This document shows, piece by piece, positions 46,901 to 58,044 of a stretch of DNA of 64,000 nt. Position numbers and translations under genes: made by a program. The stretch is from assembly GCA_963575745.1 (NCBI GenBank), contig CAUYUJ010000268.1, forward strand, positions 1 through 64,000, written 5' to 3'. Position 1 is the stretch's first letter, and each line of letters starts with the position of its first letter. Source of the stretch: Prorocentrum cordatum. Taxonomy: Eukaryota. The notes under the pieces were generated by a model. The model was not told where the DNA came from. It saw nothing but the letters and a program-made list of their open reading frames with translations, and did no database searches.

Positions 46901-47735
46901 GGGTCGTCGTCCTGCATTTAACGATGTTCGAATGGGCGACTTCATTGTCATTAAGAATTGGGGTTCTACCAAATGCTTCCACTACGACAACCATTGGCCC
47001 AAAGGCAATCACAATACCAAGATTGCCTTGTCCAAGGGACACATATATGGTCCAATCATCCATTTCGGCATCTTCGACAAGTTCTTTGCGGTACAAGTAC
47101 CTATTCTCAACTACGGTTTACGATGGGTAAATATCTGGTATAATGACAAAAGCATGCCCCTCAAGGGCGTTGTATTTGCATTGCCGATTCGTATCGAAGA
47201 ACACGCCATCGATCCAACATGGATGGAGACTGCCCTGAAAGGCCCGACATCTTGCAGCGAGGGGATACTGCAGCACAAGGTTAGCGGCAGCTTACCATAC
47301 CTTGGAATGCCTAGCATCCATAGACCACGTATTCCGCGTACACCACCAAGAAGGCCCGCTCCACGGACACCTGATCCAGACGAGCTGGTGGCCACACCTG
47401 CCGAGGACAACGCTCAGACGGGCGACATTCCTCGACAGGATACAGCATCATCGCATGATCCACTGATCACCGTAATCGTGGACATATCAAATATCGTTCT
47501 TACTGCAGATGAGAAAGCTGCGAACGACAACATGAGGGCAGACCTCTCGGCAGACATCCAAGCAGAAGAGCAGATCGAGGCAAGCATCCTCGATAACATC
47601 ATTGATCCGCCATCGAATTTCCGTGATCATCCAGACTACGACCCCGACGAGGATTCAAGATGGATTACACAGTCTGATGATTGCCGCGTGTATTGTTGGA
47701 CATCGGCGTTATTGGTGGATTCGCCTATGATCTAG
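37953..47735 (+). CDS. pol: Copia polyprotein part 2: integrase C-terminus, RT, RNase H, then an extension with SGNH-like and Tpt1/KptA domains
   Basis: EGLFMGYH; KFKGRVVVQGN, LRLALYGHP and YVDD (40110-40121); RNase H FTDASFAD..SSTESE..EDNQA..ADMMTK (40899-41576); frame stays open to TAG at 47733-47735. Confidence 0.92.
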   Translation, partial: GTRAVLHMSGLGHEWWKEAMQAFCCGHNFVHTSTGVAALNEEHAEKTAHEIRFGESFPGHCIPFGARIFWKCLNPEINNETAKFKENTREGLFMGYHLHSGGRWSGDYLVLDTATYAKNPDGDLCHVHRVKDIIIPDGRFTYPVQDGTLRHHNPEAHDEVKASTSRPLGDKPMPDPPLSYPKEWDDPSMMTTEDNAIDIQTSASEVAAPAPEPDYWEQRGYCVIRHIRTPRKKLFIPTDDVMNIPVPVDQLDVTRDFKTTSTFEGESNFRDVWDGVSANDHRELSEPWTGTIQFYELPKITPDGKMVVRGRETRVQTTTRPDHVLPEHWKTLSRGQQKKEIDYANDVKRAREIRDRAALRVWTRQDKQVNNFRTTTSGGPTWNTVERRITYDTDNGDVIRDENVKGVTNKEILYAKLPGGPRDITTVLYYRQLPQQHDGEERALVFVDNEGTDFGTLNPLIRKFTQSVAIPTMPRETNYMPAHRDKIPDSTWSRPALVTRNLSKKEVAAEPRAQEALRKEYERLEKKQTWMLETVAEKADIESQAIRNGTKVHFFNILELSSVKHEELPPDLRKFKGRVVVQGNTGKDETGLAAIFADAASSASHIEASKLCDATALLPQYAGEQSDAPGAYTQALLYGDGRIDPVDTWITIPKWRQPTSWSKYNNPVCRLRLALYGHPLAGVFWERKCRTCLESVGFEPISGWECVWRHNKLGLILSVYVDDFKLAGPAHNLQTGWDYIRKSGIDLDPPTPYSQYLGCGQQAYDVPQSIFDKRMSTIRPMLPAHNEKEYNTAKHVRGIRHDMLGFTDQCIERYLECASKRAQGTGSRRKRSDSPRASRSKSPSSSGSVARPTSVLNARTRSSSPAKSVDTTSTNTIPATYHDLPDAETPGIEDTSFTESDYSDEGVLGQDAASVLMKILYLARCCRFDLLHPVCMLAREITKWNTTCDKRLHRLICYIKTTRTHCLHGWIGDSSDKLSIMLFTDASFADCITSSKSTTGVFAALVGPNTFFPVNAVCKKQTVVSHSSTESEIVALDSALRLEGLPLLSFWEAVVGVAKTCKEKNTCLSCHRHVDPAMCPTLAAKKKRKPSPRKAPPTRGSSPSRRQLPLNTDLPTTPKRRTISHEGTVLHVDPEPAPEISAPKVRLIVLEDNQAVIKIVQKGRTPALRHLHRTHRINLDWICETCQIEHIELKYVGTKEQIADMMTKHFETKKADLWKDLLEHSLIFPVTPIQCPPIRGPRRPDGLPHEAEPPKLNGCPEICKILLTEKERWGEVGSECGFQCVGQANHEGLCACMYHYGVPAADTASRTPRSRARSPHGRHPRHPPSPQRDAERVRTLIIRSHRSNFTTRATKLTSILFAACEANISEIGSNPDPSIHEMDQAQPLNLVGWPIGYDKEYDPNARDDDRVGFAYHAQTGRPRDPEDGYIYIHQRRADRSGEFDLRVPDESSIRELARFASVEAKKWASTESGSVGGNANYEYNTFTATPWLSFMRAMCMISSLFNRNPSVQDSVRGLHDDLNATIPGSDRKCPPSNFTTMILKTEWMMIHNDWSKIGSAVLGQYTEDSVTDTQNYYNNGLSAPSDVYQNGLVTPCYAPKIDRAMAKLPTRPPGIARTSDTSGHIGHIVEDNLVTNTRAFSDLTQTKKFRRKLTTWLTARGGFGSIGSNSKTVATPSDHPNGWVAILDDPQETERTYRWTPYNEGNDFFGDAADHMGSNDPGMTPGNDVDPFELDHAKYSAFCGGRLVSTLLSDNGWHSLVQEDLGLLLHHAFGPSGHAYKWTNLYTDSTWIMHPKKGAKGAKHKKYPTFGIDELNAAQKRIDLAKASNTALVPLFMPCLNRAEYMGGATLEHLSTMIRDDIMMWAFSFGNYREWFRQNDTPIGQDCVLLPEAGYEGVRYGMEELRKQRFEKEESRINALLNNQFENTLEQRNMIRKIREARGLMFQSDNASIKKWRELNETIWEYWANDFPSSIKQRHYHRGLNAMVVWSANDIACANPGQNTIDMRRHHSRAPTNVHELQKMECEGGVPTLMPVHVLVDVSRFVDVMQYFRCPTVMGPGKAAQWGAHPNFDHHTSDLITIMQNRGITVLPSDHWVDTYDRVTPQAWHAKQNNHNMAMFTTQFCDAVCYRNFCALIQSLPSQPYPFRPPLLTSVTDNQAYTQAKEIMAALDFREKLTNEWKRDLSLTTLMTQTANEMAHCAWMASCAEGTLPASLPAETGDTTEPTPGRSTRTPATDPSDPDQTLPDNDPWVMAYNDLFQYLMLLIKEYPGAWASWHSLEKDELLEPKIVKTVEDAHAVTWVVFEQFLRQIKELDGDDNATKSRLIAEENRLSSHRIGPAAENEKNIEACKTFFKQNALDRVALGHDPNVPTSVWRAADDTAQPAPPGPLPDPLQPGPQSIKASQPSTPEPKAEQQPADQLPKAEAVPIPDDGTDLEAMELEATPAEEEPSPHEMNILSWQDSCERSMHEDTSKLGIFDNSCTIREWKLQYGVKDEHPYMCPMLRGTKATNGFACIEDQEWYEQLLHDDSVIAHAPDIAQSGCFPEWKWIPLPHYDDVRYGPELIDEEWLGTNKYMSKDITTMLRHEIHYKKFWINQFHDRRINIWDKTTKNDWKIPSNWKSFKEMVEWKFRDRKERHNGPSMEAAVAHFKKDGENDGYTDWNDYYPIFIIRAFQKHIDPQKNRIEIYAKPIPDGGDPSTFDWNSVIAIRCVGGHSCVNPSSKPWNMGWESLQWTDIKYLHHGTASRAWKNILKTGIIPGYVEPHSQRDRTYKPSQRSEAFFSSSTYLNNVQKNPHTSVESYKFNSYKNEVELVINMEIATKAGCRFWLGAQGAIMTEDVVPAAAIIAIRRLKPHHMHGQQLWPDGDPWDYPPLAAREPLSKYEICACLPGELIDDPPGLAPIDPDQDMEPPRTTPASAPSARPGETPAGRTSAEDALDEQIVRAMIQETNHKADDKEWLIALSHCREALRPITAKIMQKDWGRRPAFNDVRMGDFIVIKNWGSTKCFHYDNHWPKGNHNTKIALSKGHIYGPIIHFGIFDKFFAVQVPILNYGLRWVNIWYNDKSMPLKGVVFALPIRIEEHAIDPTWMETALKGPTSCSEGILQHKVSGSLPYLGMPSIHRPRIPRTPPRRPAPRTPDPDELVATPAEDNAQTGDIPRQDTASSHDPLITVIVDISNIVLTADEKAANDNMRADLSADIQAEEQIEASILDNIIDPPSNFRDHPDYDPDEDSRWITQSDDCRVYCWTSALLVDSPMI
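45684..46505 (+). other. Tpt1/KptA-family NAD+-dependent RNA 2'-phosphotransferase domain within the polyprotein
   Basis: SKDITTMLRH, KNRIE, IRCVGGHS, YLHHGT..ILKTGIIPG, RSEAFFS and LVINMEIATKAGCRFWLGAQGAIMTEDVVP match the family motifs SKxxSxxLRH, KxRF, IRAxQGHS, LxHGT..I..GL, RxHVHxS and F..S.NGV.L...VP in order. Confidence 0.85.
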
Positions 47736-49766
47736 ATGAGGCAGATCATTGAGATACACAGTGGCGCAGACAGAATCGTAATGGACAAAATTCAGTCACA
47801 TCTACAATTTGAAATTCGATTTGGATCGAAAGCATGGAACGCGGAGTCATATCATTTGAACTACAATCATACCCACAAGTGGGCACATGACTTACCCAAT
47901 TGTGGTGCAGATCACTTCTTCAAAAAGTTGGTACACTACCTCGACCCAGAGACTATCGAGGAGTCGACCACTGGCATCTTTCAATGGATTTCCAAAGTAT
48001 ACCAGAACATCTTGAAAGATAGTATTGTGGAGCTACCAGATTTCGCCAAGGAAGTCATCCATGACAACCATCCTGCACTTCAGGCATTGCGTGACCTATA
48101 CAAAAATTGTACTGCGACATACGGTGATCCAGAGTTTCCTGCGTGGGAAGAGCTGGTGGAAACACCTGCTGCGCCTCGAGAGGAAGGCGCTGAGCAGGAT
48201 ATTCCCCAGGACCCAGGCAGTGTTGCGTCTGCAGCTCCCGATCAGGAGACTATGGTACGCATCATAGCTGAACAGACGGGACTCAAGCGCGAGGAGGGCG
48301 ACAACGAGGCTACCTTGCAGAAGCAGGCTCGCCGTCTTCGTGAGGAGAACGTATGCCATGGCGGTACTGAGGATACCGACAACGTCAAGATAGAGTACAA
48401 AGGACTGCCAGGGGAAAGGTTGTCTCGGATCGAGATCGAGGGTTTAAGCAGATCGATCGCTTCCAGACCAAACACCGAGATCAATCGTGAGGCGATCAAT
48501 CAGATCGGTCAGAGCCTCGCTCGCGGTCAGGACACCCGCTGGGGATCCCGCGATCACCTGACTTCGGCAGGGGCCCCCGAGACGATCTTGCATCCCATAC
48601 CGCTCTGTAACAATTGCGGTCGAGATCTGCCCCTCGGTATCGTCACAGGTGACGGCACACTCTGTGATATATGTTGGCAATACACTGTGGCCGTAGGCGC
48701 CACAGGTAAGAGCACCGCCACACAGAGTGACCTCGCGTACCTCCAGAAGTTGACGAACTGGATCAAGACGACGTTGTCCGAGGACCAGGTCGCGAGATAC
48801 ATGAAGGATGGCGCACATGTCATTATGGCGGGTGCGCGATCCCCCATAGGCACAGAGAAAGATCAGTTGCGGAGATTGGCCAATACGTCCAAGAAGAGGT
48901 ATCAGAAGTGGGTCGAAGCCGGTAGCCCGCCTGCACACGAATGCAGATTAATGGGCGAATCCGAGGACGACCGACCTCTGTACTACCCATACGCCAATCT
49001 CATTCAACGCTTTCTCAACGACCTCAGATTCCATCATCAGATGACAGGAGCCCGCGTGAATGTCGGCAAGAAGCCCTGGAGAGTCGAGGACATGCGCGAC
49101 GCGTGGGACATCCTTGACGTCAGTATTAGGACAGGACAGGCTGGTCGGAGAAAGTGGTGGCTGAACGAGGGACGCATTGACAGGCAGACGCGGCAGGCGC
49201 GCGGACTGATTACGGTTTCTCTCCCTCGAGGGGACGGAACCCGTGAACAGTTCACCCAGCGCAAGCTTGCCGCGATTGCCAACGAGCTGATAGGCTCCCT
49301 CGATCCGTCACACACTGACCAGAGGGGGGGTAGTACAGGGATGAGAACCGATCCAGATACACACTCCCAACAGTCCGATGACGCCATGGAGCCGCGGCCG
49401 CCGCCGCGGCCGCCGCCGCGCCCTGCTCCTGGCGACGCCGCTGCATCCAGCGCCTCAGGCGCAGAGGACTACATGCCCGCGATGCCGCGCGCCAAGAGAG
49501 CACGTACATCTGATTACGCTGCTTACTGGCGCCACAATCTCGAGGACAGCGATTGGGGTCTTCGATACTGGAGTTATTACATCAAATGTTGGATCTACAT
49601 TGCGATCAACAACGACGAGTATGTGTACATCCAGGATATCACGTACAACGATTGGTTCCGCAACTGGATCCCGAGGACCACTTGGGAAACGTTTACGACA
49701 AGCTATGCGACGTACAACGGCCAGAGGGTGTGGGACCGCAGGTTCTACAAGGACGGCGACGCGTAG
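47736..49766 (+). CDS. Copia polyprotein part 3 (676 aa), in frame after a single TAG; CxxC..CxxC zinc ribbon and W/Y-rich C-terminus
   Basis: Same frame as pol with a TAG-ATG junction; LCNNCGR..LCDICW; ends in tandem stops TAG TGA inside the element. Confidence 0.8.
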   Translation: MRQIIEIHSGADRIVMDKIQSHLQFEIRFGSKAWNAESYHLNYNHTHKWAHDLPNCGADHFFKKLVHYLDPETIEESTTGIFQWISKVYQNILKDSIVELPDFAKEVIHDNHPALQALRDLYKNCTATYGDPEFPAWEELVETPAAPREEGAEQDIPQDPGSVASAAPDQETMVRIIAEQTGLKREEGDNEATLQKQARRLREENVCHGGTEDTDNVKIEYKGLPGERLSRIEIEGLSRSIASRPNTEINREAINQIGQSLARGQDTRWGSRDHLTSAGAPETILHPIPLCNNCGRDLPLGIVTGDGTLCDICWQYTVAVGATGKSTATQSDLAYLQKLTNWIKTTLSEDQVARYMKDGAHVIMAGARSPIGTEKDQLRRLANTSKKRYQKWVEAGSPPAHECRLMGESEDDRPLYYPYANLIQRFLNDLRFHHQMTGARVNVGKKPWRVEDMRDAWDILDVSIRTGQAGRRKWWLNEGRIDRQTRQARGLITVSLPRGDGTREQFTQRKLAAIANELIGSLDPSHTDQRGGSTGMRTDPDTHSQQSDDAMEPRPPPRPPPRPAPGDAAASSASGAEDYMPAMPRAKRARTSDYAAYWRHNLEDSDWGLRYWSYYIKCWIYIAINNDEYVYIQDITYNDWFRNWIPRTTWETFTTSYATYNGQRVWDRRFYKDGDA

Positions 49767-50489
49767 TGAGTCGGCCGCAAGGCCCACTGCTCAAGAGCAG
49801 AACTTCCGTTCATCAAAGTTCGCCTTGAGCGGTGGCTAATACATTCTTTTAGGCCACTTCAATCTTTCACACAAGTGGCCATACACACATATAGATATCT
49901 TTTGCGATCACCGAGGCAGCCTCCTAAGGAGCAACGCCAACGGGAGTCGCCAAACAGATTTTATACATCATTTTCGTGTTCATCAACACGACATTTTCTC
50001 CTGGCCAGGTACTTGCTTTAACGCAGATTCGCATTTCTTTCAGGATCGCGTTCGTCAACACGATCTTGGCATACATTTGCTTTTAGGCAGACTTGTGCTT
50101 GATTTCAAGATTGTGTTCGTCAACACGATCTTAGCATGCATATGTTAACAATTTAACAATATTGCGTCGAGAATAATCTGATAGCTGGTGGCAACACCTG
50201 CCTCGCAAATCTTGCGAGGCGGTTTACGTTGCCTTGGTGCTCAGATCTTCTTTCTCCGCCTACCTTTGCCTCATTCTTCTCCTCCCTCGAGTGCCGAAGC
50301 GTTTTGGGGGGCGCACCGAGGGGCGGCAAAGACCGCCTGGAGAAGAAAAAGAGACCCAAGGTATCTCTTCTTACCTCACTTCGCAGCTGTGGCTTCGCTG
50401 ACTTTTAGCCCAGCTGCCTTTCAGACTTAAGGTAAAGGAGTTCTGAGGTTACGGGTTCCATCCTCCTGATCCCGAGTCCTGCCTTCACG

Positions 50490-50510
50490 GGCGGGATTCG
50501 GGACGGGGGG
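50490..50510 (+). other. Polypurine tract
   Basis: G-rich ..GGGACGGGGGG immediately 5' of the 3' LTR. Confidence 0.8.
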
Positions 50511-50706
50511 TGTTTATGGAACCCGTGTAATACCTTCATATATACTCCTTATCCTTACCTCCCCCGCACCTGGCCGTTTGGGCTCAGGTACTGAGTTGGA
50601 GCGATCGTACCTTGATCGCTTGGGAGGGAAAGATATCCATCTATCCCTTCATCTCTCTACCAACGGATCAGGGGTTCTGTACTCTTGTACTTCAACCCCA
50701 TACACA
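50511..50706 (+). repeat. 3' LTR (196 bp)
   Basis: Direct repeat of 32724-32919, followed by the ATCAC TSD. Confidence 0.97.
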
Positions 50707-50834
50707 ATCACCTGCAGCACGGGCTTGTAATTTTAAAGTTGGCATGGGAAAGTGGCTGTGGCAAGTGTCGTAAAGCGCATGCGAATTAGTTGTATTCCGT
50801 ATTCGTAATTCGTCTCACTAGGACTGTTCGGAAC

Positions 50835-52885
<2,051 letters not shown>

Positions 52886-53024
52886 TAGTAGTAGTAGTAG
52901 TAGTAGTAGTAGCGTAGCAGTAGTAGTAGTAGTAGTAGCAGTAGTAGTAGTAGTAGCAGTAGTGGTAGTGGTAGTAATAGTCGCAGGACTAGTCGTAGCA
53001 GTAGTCGTAGTAGTCGTAGTAGTC

Positions 53025-53065
<41 letters not shown>

Positions 53066-53126
53066 TGTTGTAGTAGTAGTAGCAGTAGCAGTAGTAGTAG
53101 TAGTAGTAGTTGTTGTTGTTGTTGTT

Positions 53127-56100
53127 GTGAGCACAGCATAAGTGCAAGATTTCAGGTGAGAACGCAGCATAAGTACAGACCACACCTGGCCACACCTTAC
53201 CACATCCTTCGTCTCATACTTCTCTCACGATGGCTTCACCTCCGGCATGGTGGTCGAGCGCTGAGGAGAGCTTGTTGGAAAAGCAGGAAGATAAGATGAA
53301 GGAGATGTTGACCCCGATCAAACAAGATGTCCAGACCTTGAAGGGGGACGTCACGGGCATCAAACAGTCCCAAAAGGAATTGGAGGAGCGGGTCGGGAAG
53401 CTCGAGACGGCTCAGCCTGCGAGCTCCTGGCGTGCCATTTTCGTCGAGATCATGGGGCTGTGCGAGTGGGAGTACACATCCTCCAAGGGGATGAACAGGA
53501 CCGAGGCCACCGAAATGGTCTTGGAGTTGAAGGGCCAACTTCCGCAGGAACTCCGTGAGCACGTCCGGGAGATGCAGCTCAAGGGACCCAGGAACTACGC
53601 CATCAGGATCCCCATGGCGCCCGAGTATTTACAGGAGATCCGTGTGATCTGGAACGAGTACCTCACGAAGGAGGACAAGAAATGGAAAATGGCGGACACC
53701 GTGATCTACGTGCACGCCGAGCGCCACCCCGACGTCCAGGCGCAGTATACCAAGCTCGGGCGCGTCAAGGACTGGGTACGGGATGGGATCGACGCGACGC
53801 TGGAGCCGAAAGTGCGTTGGAGCCCCGACTTCAGCGTGGTCATCAACAAGTCCGACACGGAGGGGGATATGGGTGTTAAGGCAACTATCGTGTTATGCGA
53901 AGTTCAGCTTGGTGGAGGTATTGTATGGCATGATGAGGGGCTTCGGATCGGTGGCCTGTCCAAGACAGCCGCAGAAGAAGGAGTCAAGCGGGTCCGGAGG
54001 AAGGGACCTTTCACCAGGCAGTAGGGGTGCCCGCCGCTGAATTCGAGCACCGGGGGAGGAGGATGCTCGGTTATCACTTACAACGCGCACAAGAAGAATC
54101 CTTTTGAAATACTTCGGATCTCCAGGAGTTTGACGCGTTTGGGTACTGGGGATGCGGTTGTGCGCCTGCAGGAGATCCCGAAGTGGACCAGTGGGCGCGT
54201 AATCAATGGCACGAGGTATGTTGTACATAGCTGCCGTACCAAGAGGGCCGAACTTGCCGGGGCAAGTGGATTCGATTGTGGCTTCTTGGTGCGGGGAAGC
54301 CTGAATCCGAAGGTGAGGGGCGAGAGGCGCGGCAAATAGTGGGGTGGCCTTGTCTTGGCACAAGGCCCAGGCGGTTATACATTATATTTAAATGCGCATT
54401 TTATCCACGACAAGGGGAATGAGGGAGAGTATGAGGCAGACGATTTTGTTGATGAGGCGCGGGAGGAGACGGTAGCATATTGGAGGGACTGTCAGAGACG
54501 TTCTGGACGAGATCTATGCGTGATTTGCGGTTTTGACGCCAACGTGACGCTTCCAGGAAGTATAGAAGGCGCAACAGGAGAAGCGGTGCTCAGCCCTCTC
54601 CGCTCACACACTGTACGAATGCAGCGCCGGAACACTTCTTGGATGGAGGTTTTAGGAATACGAGCGGTCAACTCGTATGCCACCCGCGCGTCGGGTGGAG
54701 AACTTTGGACGTGTGGCCTGAAACGCCGGCCGGAGGATTGATCTCAGATAGACTACATCGGAGTATCCTCTATACTGCAGGGTGCTGGGGGTGCCATTAA
54801 TTATTTTGACATCCGTAATGAAAGCCGCTTGATGAAGAAGATGGACCACAGACCCGTCAAAGCCGAGATCACGTGGAAAGACGGTTCTGGATTTGATTCT
54901 CAGGGCCCGGCCTCACACCAAATACTTAGGCGACTTCCCAAGCGGGCTATATCCGACGCGTCGGTGCGGGAAGCATTCAGATCATGCGTTGCGCGGCCCG
55001 GTGTTTTTTTAATTTTCAATTGGATGAGTTCGGGATGGTCATGTTCGAGATATCCTATGAGTATTTCTCTGCCGATTGCCATCGCCCAGAAGACGACGGC
55101 CAAGCCCAGCGCCGCGCGCGGATCAAGGACATCCGGGCGCTCCTCCGGATCGAAGCCGACACGGGGAGGAGGAGATCACCGCTGAAATTGCATTGGGTGT
55201 CTCGGAGGGCCATTGCAGCATCCGCTTCTCATAAGCGGCTAGAAGGGTTGAAGAAACACAGTACCAAGGAACCGTGTACTCTACCAACCTCCTTCGAAAT
55301 CGGCGGCATCCAAAGTTTCGACCGAGAGGAGTGGTTGGATGGGGGCAGTCCAGTTCGGCATCGGTCGCTTCACGGACCCGGACAACCCACCTTCGAGGCA
55401 ACACGAACGGATGCAAGAGCTTTGGTCGGCAGCTCGCTATGATCGCTGGGACGGCCGCGGCGGTGAGATTGTCGAGCTTTGGGACGTCATGCAAGCGAGG
55501 GCCTCCTTGCGGAAAGGAGGGGGGCCAGGAGCAGATGGCATTATTCCGGACGCGTATCACATGACCCCGTTCTTATGTATATTTCACATTCATGAACTTT
55601 TTTCAGCAGTGCGCTCCTCTGGGCCCATCGGCACCGCGATCGCCATTCTGGTGCACTTGGGAATCTATAAACCTTCCAAAAACGAAAATTATGGAACGAT
55701 TCGAAGACCTGCGCTGGATCTGTAAGTCGGCCAACCTTCAAACATGGTATATGCGAGCATTGCGTCCCAGGCTCCGGGACCAATTGCGCCCATCCCACGC
55801 CCACTCGCACGGATTCCGATCTGGGACTTCCACGACGAAGATGACAGGGTTGGTGCGCGAAGTTCTTCATCTCTCTCACGTTTGGGGCTTGCCGGTGATA
55901 GTCGGGTGCCAGGATGTTTTGATAGCGTGCGACTCCATGCCGCATGAATTGGTGAAGGAGTCCTTGCTCGCTCGTGGGATGTCTTCGCACTCCGTCGGCC
56001 TCTTCACGCGGGAACTGAGCGGGCTTGAATCCAGCATCCGCTTACCCTTGGTAGGTGAGACTAGACGGTTCCCATTTACAAAAGGAGGCAAGCAGGGCGG

Positions 56101-57567
56101 AGTGGAAACTCCAGATGAGTGGAGGGCACTTCTAGAACGCGTGTTAGAGCCACTCGTCAGATTATGGATGGAGGCTGGAATTGGTTTTAGATTACCAGGC
56201 GACGGTGATAGAGAATCTGGTCTTCTCGCCAACCATGCGATCTGGGCCGGCAGCGTAGTTTTGTCTGCTACAGGGGGAGGTATGATGCAGCATATGATAC
56301 AACAGCTGAACGAGTTCATCGCTCAATATCGTACTTCTCGCGGAGAGCGATGCTTGAAGTGGAAGCCAGAGTCGCTAGAATTCATGCGCGGCGTGTCTTT
56401 GGCGGATAAGTCGATCGGACGCTTCTCTTTGGAACAACGCGGAACCGCGTTATTTTACGAACAGAAAGACGGGTTGATGTTATTGGGGGGAATATCTGGA
56501 CCACAGAGGAGCCACGGGCAAACGCGCGGACTTCAAGTTGGGCCGGGCCGAGAAATGCCACTACCGACACCTGTCCGCCTTGCAGAGCCGGAGTGCACCA
56601 GTCTTGAAGCGGCTTCGGGCGCGGGCGACGGGGCCTGCAGCTTGCGCCGCGCGCGGTTCAGAGAATTGGCGCCTTACTGCCGGCTTATTGCGTAAATTGA
56701 GGACGTGGGAGCTTCAGATTGCACGGAGGATGTTTCGTTTTCGCCGCCGGCCCGACGAATCGGCAATGTTGTTTAACCAGCGAACTTCGACTTGTATCGC
56801 AAAGTGGATGTCAGCAGCCGGATTGGATTCTGTTTCCATGCGTGCGACGCGTGCTGCATACCAGTCTGATTGAGACGCGCACTCTTGGAGATTAGATTCC
56901 GGCGAGAACCCGCCTGCAGAAGCACGCGACTGCCGATCGACAGTGTGGTGGGAGACAACGCGAATACTAGCAACTTATTCAAGACGACGGCGGCTGGGAA
57001 TCGTGCGTTCGAGAGCAGGGCATCCAGTGACATCCTGGGAACATCTTTGTCAGCTTGCTCATGTACTCGGCGGCGCGTCAGTTTTGAAAGGTGATCATCA
57101 CAGGCCGTTGTTCGCACGCGTTTCCAGGTCACTGCTGAAACTTCATCATCTGAACATCCAGCCCCGGAAGCAGACCAGTGAGTTCGTTGAGTGGGGCCCA
57201 CGCGATTTTAACGCCCTTGCAGATGACGCTGCCAATAAAGCCCTGGGCCGGGGGGCGGATTGGATGCGCGCGCAGCGATGGCGCGCAGAGGGCACGAGCC
57301 AGCGCAGTCAATGACCGTCCATGTCTCGACGGTGCTAGGCGCGGCTCGGGTGAATCAGCTGCTGGTGTCGCTTTTATCGCATATTGCGTTTCCTTGGAGA
57401 GAGACCTCCTGCTCCGCGCTGGAAAGTTGCTCTGCGCGTTGCCATCGGCGTTCCATGCCGAAGTACTCGCTGCAGAATGGTGCCTCGACATATTCCTTTC
57501 GCATTTTCCCGTTATACCCAGCGGCGGGCAGGCATGCGAACCGCATGTGCCTTGAGGGAAGAAAGAC
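53127..57567 (+). mobile_element. Decayed APE-type non-LTR retrotransposon (LINE), copy 1
   Basis: Coiled-coil N-terminal ORF (53230-54024); APE motifs TYN, LQEIP, GFDANV, IDYI, MDHRPV; RT motifs HGFRSG, GGKQGGVETP; RNase H motifs. Many stops and frameshifts; lacks ~280 bp present in copy 2 at ~62980-63260. Confidence 0.9.
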
Positions 57568-57805
57568 AGTAGTAGTAGTAGTAGTAGTAGTAGTAGTCGT
57601 CGTCGTAGTAGGAGTAGTAGTAGTAGTAGTAGTAGTGGTAGCAGTGGTAGTAGTGGTAGTAGTAGACGTATAGATAGTAAAAGTAGTTGTAGTACTTGTA
57701 GTAGTTATAGTAGTCGTAGTAGTAGTAGTCGCCGTAGAAGTAGTAGTATCAGTAGTAGTAGTAGTCGTAGTCGTAGTCGTAATAGTGGTAGTAGTGGTAG
57801 TAGTG

Positions 57806-57840
<35 letters not shown>

Positions 57841-57873
57841 CGTAGTGGTAGTAGTGGTAGTCGTGGTAGTCGT

Positions 57874-57912
<39 letters not shown>

Positions 57913-58044
57913 TCCGTGGTAGTAGTTGAAGAAGACGAAGAAGAAGTAGTAGTAGTCCCAGTAGTAGTAGTGGTACTAGTAGTACTAGTAGTAGTCGTAA
58001 TAGCAGTAGTAGTAGTAGCAGTAGTAGGAGTAGGAGTAGGAGTA

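Larger units (their letters stand above)
32724..50706 (+). mobile_element. Full-length giant Ty1/Copia LTR retrotransposon (17,983 bp)
   Basis: Two 196-bp TG..CA LTRs, a 5-bp TSD ATCAC (32719-32723 and 50707-50711), PBS, PPT, and PR-IN-RT-RH domain order. Confidence 0.97.

Noticed and set aside
2899..47735. Stop-codon reassignment suggested by isolated in-frame stops (2899, 3733, 15382, 47733)
   Set aside because: Thousands of Copia codons contain only one internal stop, so sporadic nonsense mutations are sufficient.
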